64,000 bases of DNA from Pseudomonadota bacterium (GCA_021325135.1 JAJPHT010000036.1:64001-128000); one strand, 5' to 3'. Counted from the stretch's first letter, positions 21,291-30,765 are shown. A program made the numbers and translations. Notes: generated by a model not told the origin, from the sequence alone.

Positions 21291-21875
21291 ATGGCGAGCG
21301 ACGAGCTGGACTGCGTGCGCGTGGCGGTGCTGGTGAGCGACGGGTTCGAGCAAGTGGAGCTGGACGATCCGGTCGCCGCGCTGCGCGCCGCGGGCGCGCG
21401 CGTGGACATCCTGGCGGAGGACGAGGCCCACCTGGAGAGCATCCGCGGCGTGCGCCACCTCGACCCCGCCGAGGGCGCGAAGGGCGACCGCCTGCTGGAG
21501 GAGGCGCGCCCCGAGGAGTACGACGCGCTCTTCATCCCCGGCGGCCTCGCGAGCCCCGACACGATGCGGCAGAGCCTCCCGCACCTGCGCTTCGTCGCCT
21601 CGTTCTTCGAGGAGGGAAAGCCCGTCGCCGCCCTTTGCCACGGCCCCTGGCTCATCGCGGACGCGGGCTACGCGCAGGAATACCGCCTCACCTCGTGGCC
21701 CGGCATCGAGTACGACCTGGCGCGCGCGGGCGCCCTCTGGGTGGACGAGGAGGTCGTCGTGGACGGCAACCTCGTCACGAGCCGCAAGCCCGAGGACATC
21801 CCCGCCTTCGTCCCCGAGGTGATCCGCCTCTTCGCTGGCCCCAGGCAGGAATCCCCCGCCAGAACAGACTCGTAG
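21291..21875 (+). CDS. pfpI: PfpI/DJ-1 family protein (type 1 glutamine amidotransferase-like)
   Basis: DGFEQVEL, YDALFIPGG, KPVAALCHGPW, VVVDGNLVTSRKPEDIPAF. Confidence 0.93.
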   Translation: MASDELDCVRVAVLVSDGFEQVELDDPVAALRAAGARVDILAEDEAHLESIRGVRHLDPAEGAKGDRLLEEARPEEYDALFIPGGLASPDTMRQSLPHLRFVASFFEEGKPVAALCHGPWLIADAGYAQEYRLTSWPGIEYDLARAGALWVDEEVVVDGNLVTSRKPEDIPAFVPEVIRLFAGPRQESPARTDS

Positions 21876-21922
21876 GGTGATGACGGGACAAAGGCCATCC
21901 GCCTAAGGCCCATCCAGGGGCG

Positions 21923-22420
21923 ATGGACCGCGACACCGCGCGGACGCTGCTGGAAGAGTCGAGGCGCCACATGGACGCGACGCTGCGCGCCGTGGCCGAC
22001 CTCGACCGGAAGGCGGTGGAACTGGTGAAGATGGACGGCGTGGGCCTTGGCCTCACCGCGACGGCCCTCGGCATCGCCGCGCGACGCGGGCCCGACGAGA
22101 TGGGCCCCATGGCGGGCGCCCTCCTGGCGGCGGGCATCCTCGGCGTGGCTGGCCTCATCGCCTCGATGGCGCTGGCCGTGGCGGCGCTCTTCCGCCGCGA
22201 CCTCGCCTTGGGCGTCATCGACCTGGGGGAAGGCATCGACCTGCGTTACCCCGACACCATTGGCTTCACGCTGGAGACGCACCGGGATGCCGTGGAGGCG
22301 AACCGCGCGGCCATCAACGCGAAAGGGCGCCTCGTGGAGCGGGGCGTCGCGGCGCTGCTGGCGGCCTCGCTCCTTCTCGGGGCCTCGGCCATCGGATATA
22401 TGATCCTGGAGGTTCTCTGA
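21923..22420 (+). CDS. Hypothetical membrane protein
   Basis: Three hydrophobic segments; clean ORF. Confidence 0.6.
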   Translation: MDRDTARTLLEESRRHMDATLRAVADLDRKAVELVKMDGVGLGLTATALGIAARRGPDEMGPMAGALLAAGILGVAGLIASMALAVAALFRRDLALGVIDLGEGIDLRYPDTIGFTLETHRDAVEANRAAINAKGRLVERGVAALLAASLLLGASAIGYMILEVL

Positions 22421-22425
22421 AACCT

Positions 22426-22527
22426 ATGATGCCCTTGACCAAGTCCGTCTCGAAGAACCCCTTCCGGGTGGGCATGATCAAGACGAGCTACGTCGCGAAG
22501 GACGAGCCGGCGGACGACCCGCGCTAG
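22426..22527 (+). CDS. Putative 33-aa small protein (absent from the ORF track)
   Basis: MMPLTKSVSKNPFRVGMIKTSYVAKDEPADDPR*; GGAGGT at 22408-22413; fills the gap between genes. Confidence 0.4.
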   Translation: MMPLTKSVSKNPFRVGMIKTSYVAKDEPADDPR

Positions 22528-23609
22528 CGCGCCACGCCCGCCTCGACGCTGAGGATGGGGGGAAGGGTCGTCGCGATCTCGCTCCACGAGCCCCCTTCGT
22601 CGCGGCTCGCGTAGAGGTGCCCGGTGGTGGTGCCGACGTAGAGCCCCGCCGGGTCCTTGCCGTCGGTCGCCATGCCCTCGCGCAGGATCGTGTGGAACGC
22701 GCCCTTCTGCGGCAGGCCCTTGGCGAGGCGCTGCCACGTCTTGCCGCCGTTCTTCGTGCGCCAGACAGCCATGGCTCCTCCAGGGGTCACGCGGTTGGCG
22801 TCGGCCTCCAGGGGCACGGTGTAGACGGTGCCCCCGTCGTGCGGGTGCGCGACCATGGGGAAGCCGAAGCGGCTGGGCAGCCCCTTGCTGATGTCGGTCC
22901 ACGCGTCGTCGCCGCGGCGGCGCCGGTAGACGCCGAAGTGGTTCTGCATGTAGAGCACCGCCGGGTCGCGGCTGTCGCGGACGATCTTGTGCGGGCAGGA
23001 GCCCGCGGCGCCCTCCTTCGTGACGCCCTCGGGGAGGTGCCCCGCCTGGATGCCGCCGTTCATGAGGCGCCACGACGCGCCGCCGTCGTTGGTGCCGAAG
23101 ATGCCCACGGCGCTGGCGGCCGCGATCATGCGCTTGGGCTCGCCGGGGTAGGGGAGGATGGTGTGCAGGCAGAGGCCGCCGCCTCCGGGCGTCCACTTGT
23201 CGCGGCCGGGCTGCGCGTTGAACCCCTCGACGCCCTCCCACGACTTGCCCCCGTCCACGCTGCGGAAGAGGCCGGCGGGCTCCACGCCCGCCCACAGCTC
23301 GTCGCCCACGGGCTCGACGTGCCAGATGCGCGACACCGAGAGGCCGCTCTCCTTGGGGTACTTGGGCGCCGCGGGCTTCGTCCAGCGCTTGCCCCAGTCG
23401 CGGCTGGAGCGCACCGTGGGGCCCCAGTGCATGCTCGCGGGCGCGGCCCACAGGGTCCTGCCGTCGCGGGGGTCCAGCGAGGCGTGATAGCATTCGACCC
23501 CCTCGAAGAAGGGGCCCTCCATCTTCCAGCGGCGGCGGTCGCGGCTGTGCGCGACGAAGACGCCCTTCCTCGTTCCGGCGACGACGACCGTCTCACCCTT
23601 GGCGACCAT
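22524..23609 (-). CDS. BNR/Asp-box beta-propeller (sialidase-like) protein
   Basis: Asp-boxes SRDWGKRW, SVDGGKSW, TNDGGASW, TKNGGKTW, SRDEGGSW; PGGGGLCLHTI, CPHKI, QNHFG. Confidence 0.88.
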   Translation of the reverse strand: MVAKGETVVVAGTRKGVFVAHSRDRRRWKMEGPFFEGVECYHASLDPRDGRTLWAAPASMHWGPTVRSSRDWGKRWTKPAAPKYPKESGLSVSRIWHVEPVGDELWAGVEPAGLFRSVDGGKSWEGVEGFNAQPGRDKWTPGGGGLCLHTILPYPGEPKRMIAAASAVGIFGTNDGGASWRLMNGGIQAGHLPEGVTKEGAAGSCPHKIVRDSRDPAVLYMQNHFGVYRRRRGDDAWTDISKGLPSRFGFPMVAHPHDGGTVYTVPLEADANRVTPGGAMAVWRTKNGGKTWQRLAKGLPQKGAFHTILREGMATDGKDPAGLYVGTTTGHLYASRDEGGSWSEIATTLPPILSVEAGVAR

Positions 23610-23892
23610 TCCCTGATCCTCCGCTGACGGCGGGCAGCACGCGCACGACGTCCCCATCGGCGAGGCGCACCTCGCGAGGGTCCTGGTGCATGACCGGGAG
23701 CGCGTTGACGAAGAGGCCGATGTGGGGCCTCACGCGCCCGCGGTCGTCGAGGATGCGCTCCGCGAGGCCCGGCCAGCGCCGGCCCACTTCGGAGAGCGCG
23801 TCCGCCAGCGTCGCGGCGTCGAGGCGCACCTGGGGCTCGCCGGCCCAGTAGTCGCGCAGCGACCGCGGCAGCGTCAGCGTGACACCCGCCAT
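23593..23892 (-). CDS. MoaD/ThiS/SAMP-like ubiquitin-fold protein with a C-terminal extension after GG
   Basis: ERILDDRGRVRPHIGLFVN..LADGDVVRVLPAVSGG-SGNGRQG. Confidence 0.88.
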   Translation of the reverse strand: MAGVTLTLPRSLRDYWAGEPQVRLDAATLADALSEVGRRWPGLAERILDDRGRVRPHIGLFVNALPVMHQDPREVRLADGDVVRVLPAVSGGSGNGRQG

Positions 23893-23951
23893 CGGGCGGG
23901 GAGGCGCGGGCCTGCGTTTAGCGGTTTTGAGGTTCCGACCTTGGATTGCCA

Positions 23952-24056
23952 CCCTGGTCAGGCTTGCCCGATGCAACCCGACCCCACGAACCACCGGACC
24001 AGAGTAAGACCCGTGGTCCGGTGGTTCGTGGGTTCGGGTTGCATCGAGGAGCGTGA
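23952..24056. repeat. Dispersed hairpin element, copy 2 (33-bp inverted repeat, 1 mismatch)
   Basis: Arms 23969-24001 and 24014-24046; homologous to 5160-5256. Confidence 0.9.
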
Positions 24057-24076
24057 TCAAAAGGAAAAAAAAAGTT

Positions 24077-24361
24077 TCACGCCGGCGCCAGGCCATTCTT
24101 CTGGAGGACCTTCTGCACCTCGCGCGCCAGCCGCTCATCGCGCTCCGTGAGCCGGCCCACGTCATGGGAGTACGTCACGATGCGGACGTTGTTGTAGCCG
24201 GTGAGGTGGAAGTCGGGGTGGTGCTCCAGCTCCTCGGCCAGGGGCGCGATCTCCTGCAGGAGGCGGACGGCAGCGAGGAAGTCCTCCGTCTGCACCTCCA
24301 CGGCGATGCGCTTGCCCTCGGCCTCCAGCTTCCAGCCCGGTGGCCACTTCAGGTCCGCCAT
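24077..24361 (-). CDS. Pterin-4-alpha-carbinolamine dehydratase family protein
   Basis: DFLAAV..AEELEHHPDF..YSHDVGRLTERDERLA. Confidence 0.9.
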   Translation of the reverse strand: MADLKWPPGWKLEAEGKRIAVEVQTEDFLAAVRLLQEIAPLAEELEHHPDFHLTGYNNVRIVTYSHDVGRLTERDERLAREVQKVLQKNGLAPA

Positions 24362-24362
24362 G

Positions 24363-26180
24363 TCAGGCGCCTAGGGGGCGCGCTGGCTTCAATTCGCCGG
24401 CCTCCGCCCGCTTCAGCGCCAGCGCCGCGCTGATGAGGCCCGCGTGGGGGAACCCCTGGGGGAAGTTCCCCAGGTGCTCGCCGCTCTTCTCGTCGATCTC
24501 CTCGGCGTAGAGGCCCAGGGGGCTCGCGCGCACGAGGAGGCTCTCCAGGAGGCGGCGCGCCTCCGCGACGCGCCCCTGGAGCGCCAGCACCTCGACGAGC
24601 CAGAAGGCGCAGTATGCGAACGTCGCCTCGCCGCCGGGGAGGCCGTCGTCGTTGCGGTAGCGGTACACGAGCCCGTCGGTCGCCAGCGTCTCGATGACGC
24701 AATCCGTCGTGCGCAGCATGCGCGGGTCGCGCGCGTCCACGAAGCCCACGAGGGGCAGGAGCAGGTTCGACGCGTCGGGCGCGACGAAGCCGTAGGCCTG
24801 CACGAAGCCCACCTCGGGGTGGACGCCGCGCTCGTCGACGTCGGCGCGGATGGCCTCGGCCTCGGAGAGCCAGGCGTCGGCGTCGCCCGCGTAGCCCTTC
24901 TCCCGCGCCAGGGCGGCGGCGCGCGTGAGGGCGGCCCACGCCATGGCCTTGCTCAGCACGAAGTGGCGCGGCTGCGCGCGCATCTCCCAGATGCCGCTGT
25001 CGGGCTCGCGCCACGTCTGCGCGACGCGCTCCGCGAGCCCGCGCACGATGGGCCACGCGCGGGGCCCCACGGCGCCCATGCCCGCGAGCGCGTCGACGAG
25101 CTCGCCGTACACGTCGAGCTGGCGCTGCTCGGCCGCGCCGTTGCCCACGCGGACCGGCGCGCTGCCGCGGTGCCCGCGCAGGTGCGCCAGCTCGCGCTCC
25201 GCGAGGTCGGTCTGCCCCGAGACGCTGTACATGATGCGCAGGTCGCCCGGCTCCCTCCCCAGCGTGCGCTCGACCCAGCTTGCGAAGGCGCGCCCCTCCT
25301 CGGGGTGGCCCACGTCGTGGAGCGCCCGGGCGCAGAGGGCCGCGTCGCGCAGCCACGCGAAGCGGTAGTCCCAGTTGCGCGCGCCGCCCAGCGCCTCCGG
25401 AAGGCTCGTGGTGGGCGCGGCGACGATGGCCCCGGTGGGCGCGTACTGGAGGAGCTTCAGCGCGAGCGCGCTGCGCCGCACCATGGGCGCCTCGGGGCCC
25501 TCGTAGCGCGTCTTCGCGCTCCACGCGCGCCACCGCGCGACGGCGCGCGCCTCCAGCGCGGCGGGGCCCATGGCGAGGGGCTCGTCGAAGGGCGCGGCCG
25601 CGACGAAGGGACGGTGCCGCAGCACGACGTCGAAGCGCTCCCCCTCGCCCACGACGAGCCGCGCCTCGCCCGCGAGGCACGCCTCGGGCGCCTGGAGGAG
25701 CATGATCTCCCCCGCGCCCCGCGCGAGGAGGCCCGCCGGCGTGCGCGCGAGGCGGGGCGTGACGGCGCCATACGCGAAGCGCGGGCGGAAGGAGAAGCCC
25801 ATCTCCACCGCGCCTTCGAGCCCCTCGACGCGCCGCACGAGCACCGCGTCCTCGACGCCCGCGTCCTCGGGGAACGGCATGAAGTCGCACACGCGCACGC
25901 GCCCGCGCTCCGTCGTGTGGACCGTCTCGAGCACGTTGGTGTCCGACACGTAGCGCATGAGGCTGGAGGCCTCCACCGTGGGCCCGAGGCGGAAGTGGCC
26001 CCCCGCCTCCGCGTCCAGGATCGCCGCGAACGCGCTGGGCGCGTCGAAGCGGCCAGGGCACCACCAGTCCAGCGTGCCGTCGCTGGCGAGCAGCGCCACG
26101 CTGCGCCCCTCGCCGATGGCGCCATGGTCCCCGATGGGCCGCTCCAGGCCGGCTGAGAGGCGGGCGAGTCTCTGGTCCAC
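24363..26180 (-). CDS. Glycoside hydrolase family 15 (trehalase/glucoamylase-like)
   Basis: GAIVAAPTTSLPE..RNWDYRFAWLRD, QLDVYGE, PDSGIWEMR, GLYAEE..LGNFPQGFPH; start GTG 26180. Confidence 0.93.
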   Translation of the reverse strand: MDQRLARLSAGLERPIGDHGAIGEGRSVALLASDGTLDWWCPGRFDAPSAFAAILDAEAGGHFRLGPTVEASSLMRYVSDTNVLETVHTTERGRVRVCDFMPFPEDAGVEDAVLVRRVEGLEGAVEMGFSFRPRFAYGAVTPRLARTPAGLLARGAGEIMLLQAPEACLAGEARLVVGEGERFDVVLRHRPFVAAAPFDEPLAMGPAALEARAVARWRAWSAKTRYEGPEAPMVRRSALALKLLQYAPTGAIVAAPTTSLPEALGGARNWDYRFAWLRDAALCARALHDVGHPEEGRAFASWVERTLGREPGDLRIMYSVSGQTDLAERELAHLRGHRGSAPVRVGNGAAEQRQLDVYGELVDALAGMGAVGPRAWPIVRGLAERVAQTWREPDSGIWEMRAQPRHFVLSKAMAWAALTRAAALAREKGYAGDADAWLSEAEAIRADVDERGVHPEVGFVQAYGFVAPDASNLLLPLVGFVDARDPRMLRTTDCVIETLATDGLVYRYRNDDGLPGGEATFAYCAFWLVEVLALQGRVAEARRLLESLLVRASPLGLYAEEIDEKSGEHLGNFPQGFPHAGLISAALALKRAEAGELKPARPLGA

Positions 26181-26312
26181 CCCGCTCGTTCGCCCCCAGC
26201 CCGGAGATACCCGTTTCGATCTTCCGTCTTCGGCGCTCCGGCGTCCGCATGCCCGAGCCAACGACGGTTGAGCCGGAACGCTTGACTCCGTTGCCTGCCA
26301 CACGAGGACCTG

Positions 26313-27731
26313 ATGGAGACGCAAGGCGAGCGCCAGTCGGGGCTCCGGCTCGCGGTCAACACGCAGACGCCCCTCGTGCGCTTCCGCGACGCGGCCGCCA
26401 GCCTGGTCGGTCCGGTGAACCTCGACGGGCTCTCCGAAGGGGAGGACTACAAGTTCACCACCGGGGGCGTCACGCGGATGCTCCTCCCCCTGCTGACGAG
26501 CTGGCTGGAGAGCGGCTTCGCGCGGCGCGCCGAGTGGGTCGCGCTGGCGGCAGGCGAGCGGGCACCCGACCTCGACCACCAGGGCGTCCACCTCTCCTTC
26601 GTGGGCCACGAGGAGCCGACGACCCGGGGCTACGCGCAGGTGAAGGAGCGCCTCTGGTCGATCCTCAACTCGTACCCGGGCGGCCCGCGCCCCTACGGCG
26701 CGAAGGGCCTCTCCGAGGAGGCCTGGGCGGCGTTCGACGCGCACCAGGCGCGCAGCGCCGAGGCGCTGGAGAGGGCCGCGCGCCGCATGGGCGGGCTGGA
26801 CCTCCTCTACGTGCACGACTTCCAGCAGATCGGCGTCGCCGAGGCGTGGCGCGGCCCCGAGGTCCCCAAGGCGTTCCACCTCCACACGCCCTACCCCTCC
26901 ATCGTGCCGCCCGAGTGGCGCGACCTCTTCATCGCGCGGCTGGAGCGCTACGACGCCGTCATCGTGAGCACGCGCCGCTACGCGCACAACCTCCGCCGCG
27001 ACGGCCTGCGCCGGCCCATCCACGTCGTGCGGCCATTCATCGACCCCTCCGAGCACGCGAGGGCCCGGCCCGAGGACGTCGCCACGTTCCGGGAACGATA
27101 TCAGGTCCCGGAGCGCGACCTCGTCATCCTCAACGTGGGGCGCATGGACCCCATGAAGGGGCAGGACCGGCTCATCCGCGCGATGCCCTGCGTGCTGGGC
27201 GTCCTCCCCCACGCGCGCCTCGTCCTCGTGGGGAACGGCAGCTTCTCCTCGTCGAGCAAGGGGGGGCTGGGCCTCGACAAGGGCGCGCGCTGGCGGGCCC
27301 ACCTGGAGGAGCTGGCGAAGCGCCTGGGCGTCTCGCACCGCGTCACGTTCACCGGGCACCTGGAGGAGGGTCTCCTGCCTGCGGCCTACGAGGCCTCCTC
27401 GGTCTTCGCGCTGCCCAGCACGCGGGAAGGGTTCGGCCTCGCCGCCGTGGAGGCGTGGCTGCACGCCAAGCCCATCGTCGTCTCCGACCGCACGGGCGTC
27501 GCGGAGCTCGTCGAGCGCGACGTGAACGGCGCCGTGTGCGACTGCTCGGAGCCCGAGCCCCTGGCCGACTGCATCGTGGACATCCTGCGCGACCCCGAGC
27601 GCGCGGCCGAGATGGGGGCCGAGGGGCGTCTCGCGGCGCAGGAGGCGACGCTCCCCGTGGGCCGCGCCGCGCTGGAGGGCATCTTCGCCCCCCTCGCCGC
27701 CAAGGAGGTGCCGCATGCCCGCCGGGCGTGA
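26313..27731 (+). CDS. GT-B glycosyltransferase (GT4) with OtsA/TreT-like motifs
   Basis: TGGVTRM, VHDFQ, FHLHTPYP, VGRMDPMKG, PSTREGFGLAAVEA. Confidence 0.88.
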   Translation: METQGERQSGLRLAVNTQTPLVRFRDAAASLVGPVNLDGLSEGEDYKFTTGGVTRMLLPLLTSWLESGFARRAEWVALAAGERAPDLDHQGVHLSFVGHEEPTTRGYAQVKERLWSILNSYPGGPRPYGAKGLSEEAWAAFDAHQARSAEALERAARRMGGLDLLYVHDFQQIGVAEAWRGPEVPKAFHLHTPYPSIVPPEWRDLFIARLERYDAVIVSTRRYAHNLRRDGLRRPIHVVRPFIDPSEHARARPEDVATFRERYQVPERDLVILNVGRMDPMKGQDRLIRAMPCVLGVLPHARLVLVGNGSFSSSSKGGLGLDKGARWRAHLEELAKRLGVSHRVTFTGHLEEGLLPAAYEASSVFALPSTREGFGLAAVEAWLHAKPIVVSDRTGVAELVERDVNGAVCDCSEPEPLADCIVDILRDPERAAEMGAEGRLAAQEATLPVGRAALEGIFAPLAAKEVPHARRA

Positions 27732-28389
27732 GATCAAGGCCGTCGCCCTGGACTACGACCGCACGCTCACCACCGAGGACCTCCGCCCGGTGCCGCGCGC
27801 GCTGGACGTCATCGACCGCGCGCGCCGCGCGGGCCTCAAGGTCGTCGTCGTGTCGGGCCGCGGCATGGGCTACCTGGAGCGCGAGCTGGGCCGGCACGCC
27901 GACGCGCTGGTCGCGGAGAACGGCTGCCTCTGGAAGCTCGCGGGCGGGCCCGCGCGCATGACGCGCCCGACGCTGGGGGACGTGCGCAAGGCGCTGGAGG
28001 GGCTGGACGTGGAGGCGGAGTTCGGCGACGTGCTGGCCTCCGTCGACGCCGCGCACGCCGACCGCCTCGCAGACCACTTCCGGTCGCGCGGGCTCCCCCT
28101 GGACCTCGTGCGCAACCGCGACCGCGTCATGGTGCTGCCCCGCGGCGTCGACAAGGCGGTGGGCCTCCTCGCGGCGCTGCGCGCGCTGGGTGTCGACCCG
28201 CACGACTGCGCGGCCATGGGCGACGGCGAGAACGACGTGCCGCTCCTGCGCGCGGTGGGCCACGGCGTCGCCGTGCTCAACGCGGTGCCCCTCCTCAAGG
28301 AGGAGGCCGACGAGGTCGTGCCGCTGCCCGGCGGCGAGGGCGTCGCCCACTGGATCGCGGAGCGGTGGCTCGCGGAGGCGCGCGCGTGA
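27715..28389 (+). CDS. HAD superfamily phosphatase (Cof/IIB type)
   Basis: DYDRTL, VSGR, AENG, GVDKAVG, GDGENDVPL. Confidence 0.9.
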   Translation: MPAGREIKAVALDYDRTLTTEDLRPVPRALDVIDRARRAGLKVVVVSGRGMGYLERELGRHADALVAENGCLWKLAGGPARMTRPTLGDVRKALEGLDVEAEFGDVLASVDAAHADRLADHFRSRGLPLDLVRNRDRVMVLPRGVDKAVGLLAALRALGVDPHDCAAMGDGENDVPLLRAVGHGVAVLNAVPLLKEEADEVVPLPGGEGVAHWIAERWLAEARA

Positions 28390-29381
28390 CCTGGGCCAGC
28401 GTGATCATCCCCTGCCGCAACGAGGCGGGCACGCTGGAGGCGTGCCTCGACGCGCTGGACCGGCAGAGCTTCCCCCGGGGCCGCTTCGAGGTGCTCGTCG
28501 TCGACGGCCAGTCCACGGACGGGTGCGGGGAGATCGCGCGCAAGCGCGGCGTCCGCCTGCTGGAGGACCCGGGCGACGGTCCCAGCGCCGCGCGCAACGT
28601 GGGCATCCGCGAGGCGAGAGGGGCGATCGTCGCCTTCACCGACGCCGACTGCGTGCCCTCGCCCGGCTGGCTCGCGGCCCTCCACGAGGTCTTCGCGGAG
28701 CGGCCCGCCTTGGGCGGCGTCGGGGGCGCGCTGCGCATGCCGCGCCGCACGCTCCTAGGCCGCCTGGAGGACAACGACGCGCGCGCGTTCTACCGCGGCG
28801 TCATCACGAGCAACGTCGCCTACCGGCGCGACGCGCTCCTCTCGGTGGGGGGCTTCGACGAGACGCTGGCGTGCGCCGAGGACTACGACCTCGCGTGGCG
28901 CCTGCGCGACGCGGGCTTCGAGGTCGTCCACGACCCGCGCCCCGTCGTCGTCCACGACCCGCCCGAGATCGACGGCTCCCTCTCCACGTACCTGCGCAAG
29001 CAGTTCTGGTACGCGCGCCACGACGTGCCCACGCACGCGCGCGCCCTCGCGCGGGCCAGGCGCGGCGCCTCGGGCTCGCGCGAGGCGTTGCCGGGCGTGC
29101 TGCTCAGCGCGCCGCCCGCGGGCCTCCTCGCGGCGGCCGCCGCGGGCGCCCTGGGGGGCGAGGCCTGGCTCGTGGCGGCGGGGCTCGCGGGCGCGGCCGC
29201 GCGCGCGACGCGGCGCGTGCTCAAGGGCGGCGCGGGGCGCGAGGCGCTCCCCATGATCGCGGTGGCGACGGCCAAGGAGCTGGCCCGCGGCGCGGGCACG
29301 CTGCGCGGGCTCGTGGACCTCGCTAGGTCTTCCTGGGCGCCCGCGCCGCCAGCGGCGGCGCCATGGCCGCAGGCGTCGTGA
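28386..29381 (+). CDS. GT2 glycosyltransferase with C-terminal TM segments
   Basis: SVIIPCRNE, VVDGQSTD, ARNVG, FTDADC, GGFDE..AEDYDL; GTGA overlap with the HAD gene stop. Confidence 0.9.
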   Translation: MTWASVIIPCRNEAGTLEACLDALDRQSFPRGRFEVLVVDGQSTDGCGEIARKRGVRLLEDPGDGPSAARNVGIREARGAIVAFTDADCVPSPGWLAALHEVFAERPALGGVGGALRMPRRTLLGRLEDNDARAFYRGVITSNVAYRRDALLSVGGFDETLACAEDYDLAWRLRDAGFEVVHDPRPVVVHDPPEIDGSLSTYLRKQFWYARHDVPTHARALARARRGASGSREALPGVLLSAPPAGLLAAAAAGALGGEAWLVAAGLAGAAARATRRVLKGGAGREALPMIAVATAKELARGAGTLRGLVDLARSSWAPAPPAAAPWPQAS

Positions 29382-30765
29382 CGGCGAAGCCCACGGGGTG
29401 CTCGCCCACGGCGCGCGACGCGTCCAGGTGCGCGTAGAGCGGGTCGGAGTCGACGCTCGTGGGCACGGCGCGTGCCAGTGCGCGCGCCTCCGCCTCGTCG
29501 AAGAGGATGGCTCCCGGAGGCGCGGGTGGGTCGGCGGAAAGCTGCGCCATGGCGTCGGAGAGCGCGCGCCACTCTGGCGCGTCCACGCTGTTGCCCCACA
29601 CGACGAACGCGCCATCCGCGGCGCGGCGCCACCTGCGGCCGTCGAAAGCGACGGCATGGCCAAGCTGGTGCAGCTCGCCCAAGGTGTGCATCGTGGGCGC
29701 GTCCCAGCCCTCGACCTCGTCCTCCGTCTCGACGCTCACCACGATGCGCATCGCGGTGTCGTAGCCCACGTGGGCGCGCGTCCTCAGGAGCGCCGCGAGG
29801 TTGGTCGCCGCGTCCTTGCGCGCGATGTGCAGGAACCCGAAGGGCCCCAGGGGCCCCCACGCGTAGTCGTACGCCTGGAAGACCATGACGTCAAGGCCCG
29901 CCTGCGCGATGCCGCGGTAGTCCACGCCGTGGAGGCGCGCGAGGGCGGGGTCGTAGTTCATGCAGTTGTACGCGGCGAGGATGCCGCCGGTGGCGTGGAC
30001 CGCCTCCGCCATGTCGCGGTAGTAGCCGGTCCATCGGTCGCAGCTCCACTGCACCCAGTGGTCCCAGTGGTGGGCTTTGATATCATCAGACGCCTCCTGC
30101 GTGGGGCCGCCGATGCGGCACCCCTCGTGGCGCTCGAAGGCGTGGTCCTCCGCGAACTCGGCGAGCCAGTCCTCGTGGAAGTCGAAGTGGCGCAGGTCCT
30201 TCCAGTCCTTGCCGTGGCGGCGGAAGCCCATGCCGCCGTCGCCCAGGAAGAGGCCGTCGAAGCCGAAGTCGCGGGCAAGCTGCGCGTAGCGGCGCGCGCT
30301 CCACCGGCTGTAGCGCTCGCCCTCGCGCACGTCGTGCTCGGGGTCGGCGCGCAGGCGGCGCAGCGGCGAGAAGTCGGCGTTCAGCTCCACCTCGTCCTGC
30401 CAGAGGTTGCCGTGCTGGTCGCGGATGAGAAGCTCGGGGTGGCGCTTGTCGACCCACTCGCACTCGTGGAGCCAGTAGCCGAAGAGCACCTGGACGCCCA
30501 GGTCGTGGAAGGCCGCGACCAGGCGCCGCAGGTCCTTGTGGCGCCACGCGTGCGCGTGCGGCCCGTGCCGGTTGAGGGGGACCTCCGCCTCGGGGTCGTA
30601 CCCCAGGTAGCCGTGGAAGAAGACCGGCTGGCGGTCCTCCATGACGCACACCCAGGCGGGCAGGCCCTGGGCCCTCGCCAGCCAGCTTGCCGCTCCCGCA
30701 TCCTCCAGGGAGGGATCGAACGCCCCGAGATCGACGCACACGCCCGCCGCGAAGCCCTCGCGCAT
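29323..30765 (-). CDS. Hypothetical TIM-barrel, glycoside-hydrolase-like protein
   Basis: LRRLVAAFHDLGVQV, WVDKRHPELL, FGFDGLFLGDG, LDVMVFQAYD; aromatic- and acid-rich. Confidence 0.55.
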   Translation of the reverse strand: MREGFAAGVCVDLGAFDPSLEDAGAASWLARAQGLPAWVCVMEDRQPVFFHGYLGYDPEAEVPLNRHGPHAHAWRHKDLRRLVAAFHDLGVQVLFGYWLHECEWVDKRHPELLIRDQHGNLWQDEVELNADFSPLRRLRADPEHDVREGERYSRWSARRYAQLARDFGFDGLFLGDGGMGFRRHGKDWKDLRHFDFHEDWLAEFAEDHAFERHEGCRIGGPTQEASDDIKAHHWDHWVQWSCDRWTGYYRDMAEAVHATGGILAAYNCMNYDPALARLHGVDYRGIAQAGLDVMVFQAYDYAWGPLGPFGFLHIARKDAATNLAALLRTRAHVGYDTAMRIVVSVETEDEVEGWDAPTMHTLGELHQLGHAVAFDGRRWRRAADGAFVVWGNSVDAPEWRALSDAMAQLSADPPAPPGAILFDEAEARALARAVPTSVDSDPLYAHLDASRAVGEHPVGFAVTTPAAMAPPLAARAPRKT

